A stretch of 64,000 nt of DNA from Chloroflexota bacterium (GCA_029262675.1 JAJCYW010000021.1:130146-194145); one strand, 5' to 3'; shown: positions 1 through 9,962, numbered from the stretch's first letter. Notes: generated by a model not told the origin, from the sequence alone. Numbers and translations are program-made.

Positions 1-1996
1 CGACGAGCACACGGGCGCCCGCGATGTCGGCGAGGGGCGGCTCGTCTGGCGTCAAACCGGCGAAGTACGGCGGCAGGCGGACGTACGTGGAGTCGGCCTG
101 CCAATCGAAGTGCCGGCCCTCAGCGACCGGCAGGTTGCGCCATTCCTCTGTGCCATCGAATACGTGCGCGTAGCCCTCACGGAACATCTCCGCCCGGATC
201 GACTGCACAGCGGCCTGTATGTCGCTCTGGGACGGCCAAATGTCGCGCAGGTAGACCGGGCCATCGCTGCCCTCGCCGATCGGCTCCGAAGCGAGATCGA
301 TGTCGATGCGGCCGGCGAGCGCGAACGCCACGACGAGCGGCGGCGACGCCAGGTAGTTGGCGCGCACATGTGCATGCACTCGGCCCTCGAAGTTGCGGTT
401 GCCCGAAAGCACGGCCGCCGCGACCAGGTTCTCCTCGGAGACGGCCGCCGCGACGGCGTCTGGCAGCGGGCCGGAGTTGCCAATGCAGGTGGTACAGCCG
501 TAGCCGACGAGGAAGAACCCCGCCTGCTGTAGCGGCTCCAGCAGGCCCGTCTCCTCCAGGTAGTCGATGACGACCTTGGAACCGGGTGCCAGGCTGCTCT
601 TCACCCACGGCCGAGGTCTGAGGCCACGGTCCAACGCCTTCTTCGCTAGCAGGCCCGCAGCGACCATGACATCGGGGTTTGACGTGTTCGTGCAGCTCGT
701 GATCGCGGCGATAACTATTGACCCGTGGCCGAGCTCGAAGTCGCTGCCGTCCTGGGTTACGGCGACGCGCTTGTCGCGTTGGTTAGGCTCGACCGACTCC
801 TCGAGCGCGCCTTCAAACGACTGCTTTACGTGCGACAGCCCGATCCGGTCCTGCGGCCGCTTCGGGCCGGCGAGGCTCGGCTCCACAGTGCTAAGGTCAA
901 GCGACAGCGTATCCGCGAAAAGCGGCTCCGGCGAGTCGTCAGTGCGGAAGAGGCCCTGCTCCTTGCAGTAGGCCTCGACGAGCTGTACCTGCGCGTCATC
1001 ACGGCCGGTGAGCCGCAAGTACGCCAGTGTCTCTTCGTCCACGGGGAAGTAGCCGCAGGTCGCGCCGTACTCCGGCGCCATATTCGCGATAGTGGCGCGC
1101 GTGGCCAGCGGCAGGCCGCTCAGGCCTTCGCCGTAGAACTCGACGAACTTTGCCACTACGCCCTTCTCACGCAACATCTGCGTCGCCATCAGCACCAGGT
1201 CGGTCGCCGTCGTGCCTTCCGGCAGGCGACCCGTCAGCCTGAAGCCGACGACGTCAGGAATGAGCATCGAGACCGGCTGGCCGAGCATCGCCGCTTCGGC
1301 CTCGATACCGCCCACGCCCCATCCGAGCACGCCGAGGCCGTTGATCATCGTCGTGTGCGAGTCGAGGCCGACGAGCGTGTCCGGGTAGGCCTCGCGCGCG
1401 CCGTCCTCACCGCTCGCAACGATCACGCTGGCCAGGTACTCCAGGTTGACCTGGTGGACGATGCCGGCGTCCGGCGGCATCACGGTGACGTCGCTGAAGG
1501 CGCCCTGGGCCCAGCGCAGCAGGCCGTAACGCTCTTTGCTGCGAGCCATCTCCATGCGGGCGTTGATTTCAAAGGCTTCAGCAGATCCGTAGGCGTCGAC
1601 CTGGACGGAATGATCGATCACGAGGTCGGCGGGGACGAGCGGGTTGATGCGCCCCGGGTCGCCGCCAAGATCGCGCATCGCGTCGCGCATCGCGGCGAGG
1701 TCGACGACCGCGGGCACGCCCGTCAGGTCCTGGAGCAGGACGCGGGCGGGCATGAACGAGATCTCTTGCTCCCGGCTCTCGCCCGGCGTCCATGACGCGA
1801 GCGCTTCGATGTCGTCCGCGGACACGGCACTGCCATCCTCGCGCCGTAGCAGGTTCTCCAGCAGTACGCGGTGGGAATACGGCAGCTTCTCCACGTGGCC
1901 GACACTCGCCAGGGCATCCAGGCGGTGGATGCCGTACGCATTGTCGCCGACGCGAAGCGTGCCGTGGCTGTTAAACGAATCGAGGCTGTTTGGCAT
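1..1996 (-). CDS. acnA: Aconitate hydratase A (aconitase), partial: N-terminal about 665 aa, C-terminus beyond window start
   Basis: Manual minus-strand translation from the ATG at 1994-1996 gives [29 protein letters not shown]...[21 protein letters not shown]..., then the aconitase cluster-ligand region ([20 protein letters not shown]). There is no stop before position 1, so it is absent from the ORF track. Confidence 0.85.
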   Translation of the reverse strand, partial: MPNSLDSFNSHGTLRVGDNAYGIHRLDALASVGHVEKLPYSHRVLLENLLRREDGSAVSADDIEALASWTPGESREQEISFMPARVLLQDLTGVPAVVDLAAMRDAMRDLGGDPGRINPLVPADLVIDHSVQVDAYGSAEAFEINARMEMARSKERYGLLRWAQGAFSDVTVMPPDAGIVHQVNLEYLASVIVASGEDGAREAYPDTLVGLDSHTTMINGLGVLGWGVGGIEAEAAMLGQPVSMLIPDVVGFRLTGRLPEGTTATDLVLMATQMLREKGVVAKFVEFYGEGLSGLPLATRATIANMAPEYGATCGYFPVDEETLAYLRLTGRDDAQVQLVEAYCKEQGLFRTDDSPEPLFADTLSLDLSTVEPSLAGPKRPQDRIGLSHVKQSFEGALEESVEPNQRDKRVAVTQDGSDFELGHGSIVIAAITSCTNTSNPDVMVAAGLLAKKALDRGLRPRPWVKSSLAPGSKVVIDYLEETGLLEPLQQAGFFLVGYGCTTCIGNSGPLPDAVAAAVSEENLVAAAVLSGNRNFEGRVHAHVRANYLASPPLVVAFALAGRIDIDLASEPIGEGSDGPVYLRDIWPSQSDIQAAVQSIRAEMFREGYAHVFDGTEEWRNLPVAEGRHFDWQADSTYVRLPPYFAGLTPDEPPLADIAGARVLV

Positions 1997-2131
1997 GGGG
2001 GCTCCTTTCGTCTCTATGGTAGCGAACGGCCGCCGTCCGCAGGAGGCCTTCGGCCTCCTGACAGCGGCTTCGTGTCCGCCATTGGCGGACACGGGCTCGC
2101 CCGTTTGCGTCTGTCCCGCTATCATGCGGCT

Positions 2132-3244
2132 ATGAAAATCACGGAAGTGCGCACCCGCACGTTTGAACTGCCGCACGAGGACCACGCCTTCGATCCGACG
2201 TGGCAGCCTGCGGCCAGCACCAGCCACCGGCTGACGGTCGTAGAAGTCCACACGGACGAAGGCATCACCGGCATCGGGTCAGGAGGCGTGCTGACGCGGC
2301 TGAACACGGCCGCCGGGCTGTTCGTCGGCCAAGACCCCCTCAACATCGAGCGCCACGTCGAGACGCTGAGCACGATCGCCTACTTCATGGGCCGGCCCTG
2401 GGCGCTCGAGGTCGCGCTGTGGGACATCGCGGGCAAGGCGGCGGGGCTGCCGCTCTACAAGCTGCTGGGCGGCCATCGCGACCGCCTGCGGGCCTATGCA
2501 TCAACAGGTGAGCTGCGGCCTGCGAAGGATCGCGCAGAGGACGTACTGAAGCTGCGCGACGAGGGCTTCCTGGCTACGAAGCTGCGCTTCCACAGCCCAA
2601 ACCCGCGCGACGACCTGGCAACGCTTGCGGCGGTGCGCAGAGCGGTGGACGACACGATGACGATCATGGTCGACGCCAACCAGGGCTGGCGCTACCCGGG
2701 CGACCTGACGCCGCGCTGGGACCTGAGCACGGCTATCGAGATGGCGACGGCTATGGAAGACTACGACGTTTACTGGCTGGAGGAGCCGCTCTGGTCGTAC
2801 GACTATGACGGCCTCGCCGAACTGCGCCGCCGCACGACGACGCGCATCGCCGGCGGCGAGCTGAACATGGGGCTCCACGAGTTTCGCGAGTACGACCGCC
2901 ACAATTGCCTGGACGTCTACCAGCCAGACGCAACGTTCGCCGGCGGCATCACGACGGCGCGCAAGGTCGCTGGAATGGCGCAAGCGGCCGGGCACATGTT
3001 CGCGCCGCACACCTGGTCGAACGGCATCGGGTTGATGGCCAACCTGCACCTCGCGGCCGCCGTGCCAAACGCGCCCTTCATCGAGTTCCCCCACGACCCG
3101 CCGAACTGGACGCCCGAGGTGCGCGACTTCATGCTGACCGAGCCGATCCGCATCGATGCCAACGGCGACGTCGTCCTGACAGACAAACCCGGGCTCGGCG
3201 TCGAGCTCGACGAAGAGCGCTGCAAGCAGTACGAGGTCGAATAG
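2132..3244 (+). CDS. Enolase-superfamily enzyme (mandelate racemase/muconate lactonizing enzyme family; sugar-acid dehydratase or epimerase type)
   Basis: MKITEVRTRTFELP...VVEVHTDEGITGIGSGG N-terminal capping domain and a TIM-barrel part with MVDANQGW...YWLEEP, typical of MR/MLE enzymes. The start is chosen at the internal ATG 2132 rather than the track's 1871. Confidence 0.7.
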   Translation: MKITEVRTRTFELPHEDHAFDPTWQPAASTSHRLTVVEVHTDEGITGIGSGGVLTRLNTAAGLFVGQDPLNIERHVETLSTIAYFMGRPWALEVALWDIAGKAAGLPLYKLLGGHRDRLRAYASTGELRPAKDRAEDVLKLRDEGFLATKLRFHSPNPRDDLATLAAVRRAVDDTMTIMVDANQGWRYPGDLTPRWDLSTAIEMATAMEDYDVYWLEEPLWSYDYDGLAELRRRTTTRIAGGELNMGLHEFREYDRHNCLDVYQPDATFAGGITTARKVAGMAQAAGHMFAPHTWSNGIGLMANLHLAAAVPNAPFIEFPHDPPNWTPEVRDFMLTEPIRIDANGDVVLTDKPGLGVELDEERCKQYEVE

Positions 3245-3250
3245 CAGCGC

Positions 3251-4258
3251 ATGCCGGACGAGTTCCCGACGTTCACCGCCGCCGCAGTCCAAGCCGCGCC
3301 CGAGTTCCTCGACCGCGAGGCAACGGTCGACAAGGCCTGCCACCTCACCGCGGAGGCCGCCAAGAACGGCGCCAAGCTGATCGTCTTTCCGGAGACGTGG
3401 GTCCCTGCCTACCCGTTCTGGGACATGGGCAATCCCGACGGCTGGCTCCAGATCTACCAGAATGCGATAGAGATACCGTCCCCCGCGATCGACAAGCTCG
3501 GAGAGGCCGCGCGCCGCGCCGGCGCCTACGTCGTCATCGGCGTCAACGAGCGGGACGCGGCGACGCAGGGCAGCCTCTACAACTCGCTGCTCTACTTCTC
3601 TCCAGACGGGGCGCTGATGGGCGTTCACCGCAAGCTGATGCCGTCCGTGAGCGAAAAAATGATCTGGGGCATGGGCGACGGCTCCGGCCTCCACATCTTC
3701 GATACGCCGCTGGGACGCCTGGGCGGCCTGATCTGCTGGGAGCACGAGATGACACTGGTCAAGTACGCCATGTACTCGCGCGGAGAGCAGGTCCACGCCA
3801 GCGTCTGGCCTGCCTGGACGTTCCAGCGCGACCATATTCAGTTTGGCATGCGCCAGTACGCTTACGAGGGCAAGTGCTTCGCCGTGGTGTCCTGCGGCCT
3901 GCTGACAGGCGGCATGGTGCCGGAGTCCTGGCGCGGCGGCAACTCCGGCGAGGGCCAGGTGGCCGACGGCGGCAGCGCCATCATCGGACCGGACGGCAAC
4001 TACGTCGCCGGGCCCGTCTACGGAGACGAAATCATCATCTACGGAGAACTGGACCTGCGGCGCGTCGCCCTGGCAAAACGCGAACTCGACGTGGCCGGCC
4101 ATTACGCCCGTCCAGACGTGGTGCGGCTGCTGTTCGACCGCTCACCCCATCACCCGTTAGTGGACGCCGAACTCCCCGGCCACGCGGCGGCGCTACACGA
4201 CAACGGCACGCTGGCAGGCGATACCGAGACCGAGACTGCGAGGAGCCGAGACACGTGA
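3251..4258 (+). CDS. Nitrilase/cyanide hydratase family carbon-nitrogen hydrolase
   Basis: The Glu-Lys-Cys triad contexts are present (LIVFPE, HRKLMP, GGLICWE) and the length is about 335 aa. Confidence 0.8.
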   Translation: MPDEFPTFTAAAVQAAPEFLDREATVDKACHLTAEAAKNGAKLIVFPETWVPAYPFWDMGNPDGWLQIYQNAIEIPSPAIDKLGEAARRAGAYVVIGVNERDAATQGSLYNSLLYFSPDGALMGVHRKLMPSVSEKMIWGMGDGSGLHIFDTPLGRLGGLICWEHEMTLVKYAMYSRGEQVHASVWPAWTFQRDHIQFGMRQYAYEGKCFAVVSCGLLTGGMVPESWRGGNSGEGQVADGGSAIIGPDGNYVAGPVYGDEIIIYGELDLRRVALAKRELDVAGHYARPDVVRLLFDRSPHHPLVDAELPGHAAALHDNGTLAGDTETETARSRDT

Positions 4259-4761
4259 TCCGACTACTGGGTACCCTGACGTTCGTGTGCGCCATCGCGC
4301 TGGCCGCCTGCGGCGGCGATGACGATGACGGCAATAGCAACGACGCCGCCAACGGCGGCAACTGCAAAGAGATTGGAGCGAATATCGTGACCGGAGAGAA
4401 CGCCGTGCCACCAGTGGAGGGCGAAGAACGAACGACAGAGTCGTGCCTCAAGATCATCGACGTCGTTGTCGGCGACGGCGACGAGGCGCCGGAAGGCGGG
4501 ACGGTCACCGTCCACTACACCGGCTACCTCGAAGACGGCACCGTGTTTGACAGCTCCGTCGCGCGACAGCAGCCGTTCGCCACGTCGCTCGACCGCGTGA
4601 TCCAAGGCTGGGGGGAAGGAATCCCCGGCATGCGCATCGGCGGCCAGCGGCGCCTGATAATCCCATCGGGTTTGGCGTACGGCGAGAACGGGTATCCACC
4701 TGCAATCCCGCCAAACGCCACGCTGATCTTCGATGTCGAGTTGCTCGAGATATTCCAGTAG
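4255..4761 (+). CDS. FKBP-type peptidyl-prolyl cis-trans isomerase, lipoprotein
   Basis: A GTG start overlaps the nitrilase stop (GTGA). The signal peptide ends in the lipobox LAACGG, followed by a C-terminal FKBP domain (VHYTGYLEDGTVFDSS...IQGWGEGIPGMRIGGQRRLIIPSGLAYG). The track fuses it to an out-of-frame upstream artefact (2905..4761). Confidence 0.75.
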   Translation: MIRLLGTLTFVCAIALAACGGDDDDGNSNDAANGGNCKEIGANIVTGENAVPPVEGEERTTESCLKIIDVVVGDGDEAPEGGTVTVHYTGYLEDGTVFDSSVARQQPFATSLDRVIQGWGEGIPGMRIGGQRRLIIPSGLAYGENGYPPAIPPNATLIFDVELLEIFQ

Positions 4762-4801
4762 AGGCCCGTACGCGCTTGCACGCAGACGAGGAGGCCAGCC
4801 C

Positions 4802-5314
4802 ATGATCCGCCTTATGCTCATCATCACGGCCGCGCTGGCCTTCGGTCTCGTTGCCTGCAGCGACAACGGCGACGACGCCATACCAACCGCCACGCCTGAC
4901 ACCTCCGGACCGCCACCAATTGATGTTGACAGTGTGACGACTGCGTCAGGTCTCCAGATCTTCGAGATCGACCCCGGTGAGGGCGAGGAGATCCGTCCGG
5001 GCAACGCCGCCGCCGTGCATTACGCCGGCTGGCTGGAGGACGGCACCCAGTTTGATACATCGCTCGACGGCGACGGGACGCCGTTCACGTTCGCGCTCGG
5101 CAGAGGACAGGTGATCGATGGCTGGGAGGAGGGCATAATCGGGATGCGGCCGGGTAGCCTGCGCAGGCTGATCATCCCGCCGGAGTTGGCATACGGCGAT
5201 GAGGGTTTCGGCGATAGCATCCCGCCGGGCGCCACCCTAACGTTCGACATCGAACTGATCGCCCTCGGACGCCAGACGACGCCCGACGCCGCCACGCCGC
5301 AAACGACGCCCTAG
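4802..5314 (+). CDS. FKBP-type peptidyl-prolyl cis-trans isomerase, lipoprotein (tandem paralog)
   Basis: MIRLMLIITAALAFGLVACSD lipobox, then an FKBP domain (VHYAGWLEDGTQFDTS...IDGWEEGIIGMRPGSLRRLIIPPELAYG). Confidence 0.8.
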   Translation: MIRLMLIITAALAFGLVACSDNGDDAIPTATPDTSGPPPIDVDSVTTASGLQIFEIDPGEGEEIRPGNAAAVHYAGWLEDGTQFDTSLDGDGTPFTFALGRGQVIDGWEEGIIGMRPGSLRRLIIPPELAYGDEGFGDSIPPGATLTFDIELIALGRQTTPDAATPQTTP

Positions 5315-5334
5315 GCTACAAACCGTGCGGCGAA

Positions 5335-5964
5335 CTAGGAGACGCCGGCCGCCGCCAGGCTCTCGCGCATCTGCTCCTCGACGAGGAAGCCGAGTTGGAA
5401 GCTCTGCATCACGCCGTCGCTATCGATGAAGAAGTTATTGGGCAGCCCCACCAGGCGGTACTGGGCCGATACTTCCCCAGCCGAGTCCAAGAGAATCGGG
5501 AGCGTGAGGTTCAGCTCTTCCCAGAAGTCTTCCGCCTTCGACGCCGACTCCTCCTGGTTGATCGCAAGCACGACCAGGCCCTCTTCCCCGAATTCGTTAG
5601 CTAACAGTTCGATGTCGGGGAGTTCCCGCCGGCAAGGGCCGCACCACGTGGCCCAGAAGTTGAGCCAGACGGCCTGGCCGCGGTAGTCGCTCAGCCGCAC
5701 CACGTTGCCGTCAGCGTCCGCAAGCTCGAAGTCGGGCGCCAACTCCCCAACGCGCGGGGAGCGGCCGTCCAGCGGGCCCAGCGCGGCGTCTCCACCGCTC
5801 GCGCGGTCGAGTAACAACAGCGCACCGACGATAGCGGCGAGTACCGCCAGTCCTAGCACGGTGCGTACTGGCCCGGCGGCGAGCCAGCCTCTGAGCTGGG
5901 CGCTTCGGGGTGTGGGTTCGGCCTGCTGCTCCACGTATCTTTTCCTCCGCTGCCATCGTATCAT
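5335..5964 (-). CDS. TlpA/ResA-like thiol:disulfide oxidoreductase (thioredoxin fold, membrane-anchored)
   Basis: N-terminal transmembrane segment, WCGPC active site, AhpC/TSA-like fold length. Confidence 0.75.
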   Translation of the reverse strand: MIRWQRRKRYVEQQAEPTPRSAQLRGWLAAGPVRTVLGLAVLAAIVGALLLLDRASGGDAALGPLDGRSPRVGELAPDFELADADGNVVRLSDYRGQAVWLNFWATWCGPCRRELPDIELLANEFGEEGLVVLAINQEESASKAEDFWEELNLTLPILLDSAGEVSAQYRLVGLPNNFFIDSDGVMQSFQLGFLVEEQMRESLAAAGVS

Positions 5965-6007
5965 GGGCCCGAGTCACGGCCGGGGGTGATCGGCGTCACG
6001 CACAGAC

Positions 6008-6322
6008 GTGAACAATGCTGACATGCTGGTGGCGATGACACACGCGACACGGGCCGAACTCCAGGTATTCGTCGAACCGACGTGCGAGACGTGCCGCCGC
6101 GCTATCGAGCTGGCGGAGGGCGTGGACGAAGCCTACCCCCAACTCGCCGTCCGCATCGTCGACATCCGCGAACCGGCGGTCAAGCGGGACGATGTCTTCG
6201 CCGTGCCCACGTTTGTCCTGAACGACCGTGTTCTCTCACTGGGCAATCCGCAAGAGAGCATGCTGCGCGAGGAGATCGAGGTGCTGCTGACGTCGCGCGG
6301 GTTCGGTACACTGCAGTCATGA
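6008..6322 (+). CDS. Small thioredoxin/glutaredoxin-like protein (CxxC)
   Basis: CETC motif in a roughly 100-aa thioredoxin-like layout. The start is uncertain (internal MLVAM is possible). Confidence 0.45.
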   Translation: MNNADMLVAMTHATRAELQVFVEPTCETCRRAIELAEGVDEAYPQLAVRIVDIREPAVKRDDVFAVPTFVLNDRVLSLGNPQESMLREEIEVLLTSRGFGTLQS

Positions 6323-7044
6323 GCATCCGCCAGCGATTGTTCCGCACGCCAGGGGGTCAGGCTCCGAGCCATACCAAGCTCAGCGGCAAGGCCGCCTACC
6401 TGTCCGACACGGACATCTTCCGCGACCTCGGCGCCAAAGAGTTGGAGGAACTGGACCGAATGACGGCCATGAGCACCTGTCGTAAGGGCAAGGTGTTCTA
6501 CACGCCGGGTGAAACGGGCGAAGTGCTGTTCATCCTGAAGCGCGGCCGGGTAAACCTCTACCGGATCAATGCAGAGGGCAAGAAGCTGGTTACCGCGACG
6601 ATTGGCGCCGGGACCGTGTTCGGCGAGATGACGCTTGTTGGACAGGGGATGCACGATACGTTCGCGGAGGCGTCGGAGGAATGCACGCTCTGCGTGATGA
6701 GCCGATCCGACGTGGAACACCTGCTGCTGAACAAGCCGCGGGTTGCGCTGCGCTTCATGGAGTTAATGGCCGTCCGTCTCCACGAAGTGGAGACGAGGAT
6801 GGAGACCGTCGCGTTCAAGAGCGTGCCGACGCGTATCGCCACGTTCCTGCTCCAACTCGCCGACGACGAGACACAGCAGATCGTCGGCGTGTCGCACCAG
6901 GATCTGGCCGACATGGTCGGCACCTACCGCGAGACCGTGACCCGCATCCTCAACGAGTTCCGCTCCGAGGGCTACATCGAACTCGGCCGCCTCAACGTCA
7001 CGATCTTGCAGCCCGACCCGCTTCGCGCCATCGCGGGCGAGTAA
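6319..7044 (+). CDS. Crp/Fnr family transcriptional regulator
   Basis: cNMP-binding beta-roll (GETGEVLFILKRGRVNLYR...GEMTL) plus a C-terminal HTH (VSHQDLADMVGTYRETVTRILNEF). The ATG overlaps the upstream stop (ATGA). The track's longer 6082 start is an out-of-frame-looking N-extension. Confidence 0.75.
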   Translation: MSIRQRLFRTPGGQAPSHTKLSGKAAYLSDTDIFRDLGAKELEELDRMTAMSTCRKGKVFYTPGETGEVLFILKRGRVNLYRINAEGKKLVTATIGAGTVFGEMTLVGQGMHDTFAEASEECTLCVMSRSDVEHLLLNKPRVALRFMELMAVRLHEVETRMETVAFKSVPTRIATFLLQLADDETQQIVGVSHQDLADMVGTYRETVTRILNEFRSEGYIELGRLNVTILQPDPLRAIAGE

Positions 7045-7064
7045 CTCCCCTTGGCGCACGCCGA

Positions 7065-7100
7065 TTGACATACCACGCACGCCCTGTCAATATGCGGGCA
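7065..7100 (+). promoter_or_regulatory. Putative sigma70-like promoter with embedded inverted repeat (TTGACA-N16-TGTCAA), a likely TetR autoregulatory operator
   Basis: TTGACAtaccacgcacgccctgTCAATAT lies directly upstream of the TetR gene, and its half-sites are reverse complements. Confidence 0.3.
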
Positions 7101-7127
7101 CGCCAGTTTCAGGAGGGGGGGCTAACG

Positions 7128-7748
7128 TTGGCAACTTCAGATTCCGCAGCGACCGGCAAACGCGTAGCGACGCGCGCCGCGATCCTCAACGCCACGAGCG
7201 AGCTGATCGCTGAGAAGGGACTGGACGGCTTTACCATCAGCGAGATCGCCAGACACGGCAGGGTGAACCGCGCCCTAATCTACCACTACTTCCACGACCG
7301 CGAGAACCTGATCGTCGAGACGATCGGCCACGTCCTGGATCAGTACGAGCGCGTAGAGCTATCCGGCGACGGCAAGTGGATAGAAGGCAACGTCCGCATG
7401 TACATCGAGCATCCGGAGTTGGCGCGCGTAATCTACCACATGCTGCTGGAGGGAGACCGCCTGCCAGTGCTCTGGAAGCGGCTGCAGAGTGGCATCGATT
7501 CGCTCAAGGCACTGCGCGACGAGCGCGGCGCGTCGGTCGATCCGGAGTTCAGCACGATCATCCTCGCTATGCCGCAGCTTACGTGGGCGTTCGCACGACA
7601 CGAGTTTGCACGGCTGCTGGGCATCAGTGTCGAGGAGGCCGACGAACGCTTCATCGCCACTCTCCACACTGCGGCCGTCACCGCTTTCACGACGATGTCG
7701 GAGCAGTCTCATGAAACCGCGGCGCCCTCTGGAACGTCCACGCCGTAG
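7128..7748 (+). CDS. TetR/AcrR family transcriptional regulator
   Basis: N-terminal HTH (RAAILNATSELIAEKGLDGFTISEIARHGRVNRALIYHYF). A TTG start is chosen after an AGGAGG RBS; the ATG at 7092 is an alternative. Confidence 0.7.
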   Translation: MATSDSAATGKRVATRAAILNATSELIAEKGLDGFTISEIARHGRVNRALIYHYFHDRENLIVETIGHVLDQYERVELSGDGKWIEGNVRMYIEHPELARVIYHMLLEGDRLPVLWKRLQSGIDSLKALRDERGASVDPEFSTIILAMPQLTWAFARHEFARLLGISVEEADERFIATLHTAAVTAFTTMSEQSHETAAPSGTSTP

Positions 7749-7814
7749 GCACCCGCCGGCGACGCTGGACGGCCGCCCGCGCCATGGCCTAGGATAGTCT
7801 CATGGACGGCCACC

Positions 7815-8600
7815 ATGCGTAAGAACGCGGCGAAGCAGGCCTGGCGCGACGGCGTCGTGACGCTGGGCGGCTGGCTCTCGATCCCGAGCAGCGTCTCCGC
7901 GGAGGCGATGGCCCACCAGGGCTTCGACTGGCTCTGCATCGACATGCAGCACGGCGTCATCGATTATCAGGTGGCTGTGACGATGCTGCAGGTGATCGGC
8001 ACGACTTCCACCACAGCCATCGTCCGCGTACCGTGGAACGAACCAGGCATCATCGGCAAGATGCTGGACGCTGGCGCATACGGCATCATCGTGCCGCTCG
8101 TCAACACGCGGGCGGAGGCGGAAGCGGCCCTCGCGGCCTGCCGCTACGCGCCGGACGGAAGAAGGAGCTACGGGCCGACGCGGGCGTCCTTTTACGCGGG
8201 CGACAACTACGCGGCGGAAGCGAACGGCGAGATCGCATGCATCCCAATGCTGGAAACGAAGACGGCCGTGGAGAACCTGGACGAGATCCTGAACGTGCCG
8301 GGCATCGACGCCGTTTACGTCGGTCCCGCTGACCTCAGCCTGACATTGGGCCTGGCCCCGGCGATGGACCAGGACAACGCCGCGTTCCAGGAGGCCCGCC
8401 TCGCGATCGCGGACGGCTGCCGCAGTCGCGGCATCGCTCCCGGCATCCACGCCAGCGCGGCGCTGGCGCCAAAGCACATCGAGGCTGGGTTCCAGATGAT
8501 TACCATCTCCTCGGACCTCTCGGCGATGGCCGGAGCGGCCGCGCGCGACCTACAGCAGGTGCGCGGCGGCGAGGCGTCCGGGAAGCCGGCCTACGGCTAA
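7815..8600 (+). CDS. HpcH/HpaI family 2-keto-3-deoxy-sugar-acid aldolase
   Basis: GGWLSIPSSVSAEAMAHQGFDWLCIDMQHG...IVRVPWNEP...PMLETK matches the HpcH/HpaI aldolase fold. Confidence 0.75.
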   Translation: MRKNAAKQAWRDGVVTLGGWLSIPSSVSAEAMAHQGFDWLCIDMQHGVIDYQVAVTMLQVIGTTSTTAIVRVPWNEPGIIGKMLDAGAYGIIVPLVNTRAEAEAALAACRYAPDGRRSYGPTRASFYAGDNYAAEANGEIACIPMLETKTAVENLDEILNVPGIDAVYVGPADLSLTLGLAPAMDQDNAAFQEARLAIADGCRSRGIAPGIHASAALAPKHIEAGFQMITISSDLSAMAGAAARDLQQVRGGEASGKPAYG

Positions 8601-8615
8601 CGCTCGCGCGCTCCC

Positions 8616-9602
8616 CTACCCCAGCGCTTCCGGATTGACGACGCAGGGTGGCCGTTCGCCCCGTAGCGCGGCGAGCAGGTTGTCGATAGCTAGCTCGAGC
8701 ATCGCGCGGCGGGTTTCGACGGTGCCGGAGCCGATGTGCGGCAGTGCGATCACGTTGGGGAGTTGCAGGATCGGCTCGTCCGGCGCCGGCGGCTCGCGCT
8801 CGAAAACGTCGAGCGCGGCACCCGCTAACTCCCCGCGCTGCAGCGCGGCAACGAGAGCCGCCTGATCGATCACGCCGCCGCGAGCCGTGTTGATCAGGTA
8901 GGCCGTCGGCTTCATCAGCGCCAGCGCCCGCTCCCCGATGAGGGCCGTGGTCGCTTCCGTGAGGTTGACGTGCAGGCTGACGAAGTCGGCCGCCGCCAGC
9001 AGTTCGTCCAGGTCCCTGTACGTGCAGAACGCCGCATCGCCCGGCGGGTCGCGCACCGCATCGTGATAGACCACGTCCATACCGAACGCGACGGCCCTCC
9101 GCGAAACGGCGCGGCCAATGCGGCCGAGGCCGATAATGCCAAGCGTCTTGCCCGCGACGTCCGTGCCAAGCGCCATCGATGCGCCCGGCTTCCAGCGCTG
9201 CTCGCGCAGGAAGCGCTCCGCCTCCGGCAGCCGCCTGGCGAGCGAGAGGAGCAAACCCATCGTCAGGTCCGCCACGGCGTCCGAGAGCACGCCCGGCGTG
9301 TTGCAGACGACGACGCCGCGCGCGGTCGCTGCGGCAACGTCGACGTTATCGAAGCCGACGCCGAAGTTCGAGATCACGCGCATCCTGGGTGCGGCGGCCA
9401 AGACGGCGGCGTCGATTGGGAGCTGCGCGCTGCCGATGATGCCGTCCGCGGCCGCGACTCCGGCCAGCAGTTCATCCCGGTCCGGGATACCCACACCCTC
9501 GAAACTCGTCACCTCACAGACCTCACTAATGCGCGCCAGCGCTTCTTCAGGGCCGCGCAGGCCGATGTAGACGTGGGGTCGTTCATCACTCATGGCTGGC
9601 AT
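8616..9602 (-). CDS. D-isomer-specific 2-hydroxyacid dehydrogenase (glyoxylate/hydroxypyruvate reductase-like)
   Basis: GIIGLGRIGRAV NAD-binding motif and the catalytic PHIGSGT...R region. Confidence 0.8.
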   Translation of the reverse strand: MPAMSDERPHVYIGLRGPEEALARISEVCEVTSFEGVGIPDRDELLAGVAAADGIIGSAQLPIDAAVLAAAPRMRVISNFGVGFDNVDVAAATARGVVVCNTPGVLSDAVADLTMGLLLSLARRLPEAERFLREQRWKPGASMALGTDVAGKTLGIIGLGRIGRAVSRRAVAFGMDVVYHDAVRDPPGDAAFCTYRDLDELLAAADFVSLHVNLTEATTALIGERALALMKPTAYLINTARGGVIDQAALVAALQRGELAGAALDVFEREPPAPDEPILQLPNVIALPHIGSGTVETRRAMLELAIDNLLAALRGERPPCVVNPEALG

Positions 9603-9689
9603 CGTACCTTATCCGTTGCGTGCGGAGCCTGGCCGCCGATCTGCCACCGCCAACTGGCGGTGCCATGGTAGCTTCGTTAGCATGCCAAC

Positions 9690-9962
9690 GTGACGAACGA
9701 ACAGCCAACCGCAACGCCTCCGCCCGGCGATGACGCGCCACCGCCCGGCGAGCGAGTCCCGCCGTACGTCGCGCTGATCCGCATCGGCGCGGTGATCGGC
9801 ATGTCCGTATTCCTGGCGTTTGGGCTGTTCTTCTTCATCGGCGGGCTGTGGATGGCCGGCATAATCAGCACGCTGCTCTCCACGCCGTTCTTCGCCGTGA
9901 TGCGGCTGGCGGAAAACCTCGCCACTCCTGACGACAGTCCACCTGACAGCCAGCCCCGGTAG
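9690..9962 (+). CDS. Small hypothetical membrane protein (Pro-rich N-terminus, two hydrophobic helices)
   Basis: ORF with a hydrophobic core (IGAVIGMSVFLAFGLFFFIGGLWMAGIISTLL). No family assigned. Confidence 0.3.
   Translation: MTNEQPTATPPPGDDAPPPGERVPPYVALIRIGAVIGMSVFLAFGLFFFIGGLWMAGIISTLLSTPFFAVMRLAENLATPDDSPPDSQPR

Noticed and set aside
2501-4102. 533-aa ORF on the minus strand
   Set aside because: It is antisense to the enolase-family and nitrilase genes, whose products have clear family motifs. Its Arg/Ala/Gly-rich low-complexity translation is typical of antisense frames in high-GC DNA.
2905-4761. 618-aa plus-strand ORF
   Set aside because: It is an out-of-frame read-through across the enolase and nitrilase genes. 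Only its last 168 aa (from the GTG at 4255) correspond to a real FKBP lipoprotein.
6082-7044. Long 320-aa form of the Crp/Fnr ORF
   Set aside because: The N-terminal 79 aa are Arg/Pro/Gly-rich, encoded in a different frame over the thioredoxin-like gene. A conventional ATG at 6319 overlaps the upstream stop and begins the conserved domain.
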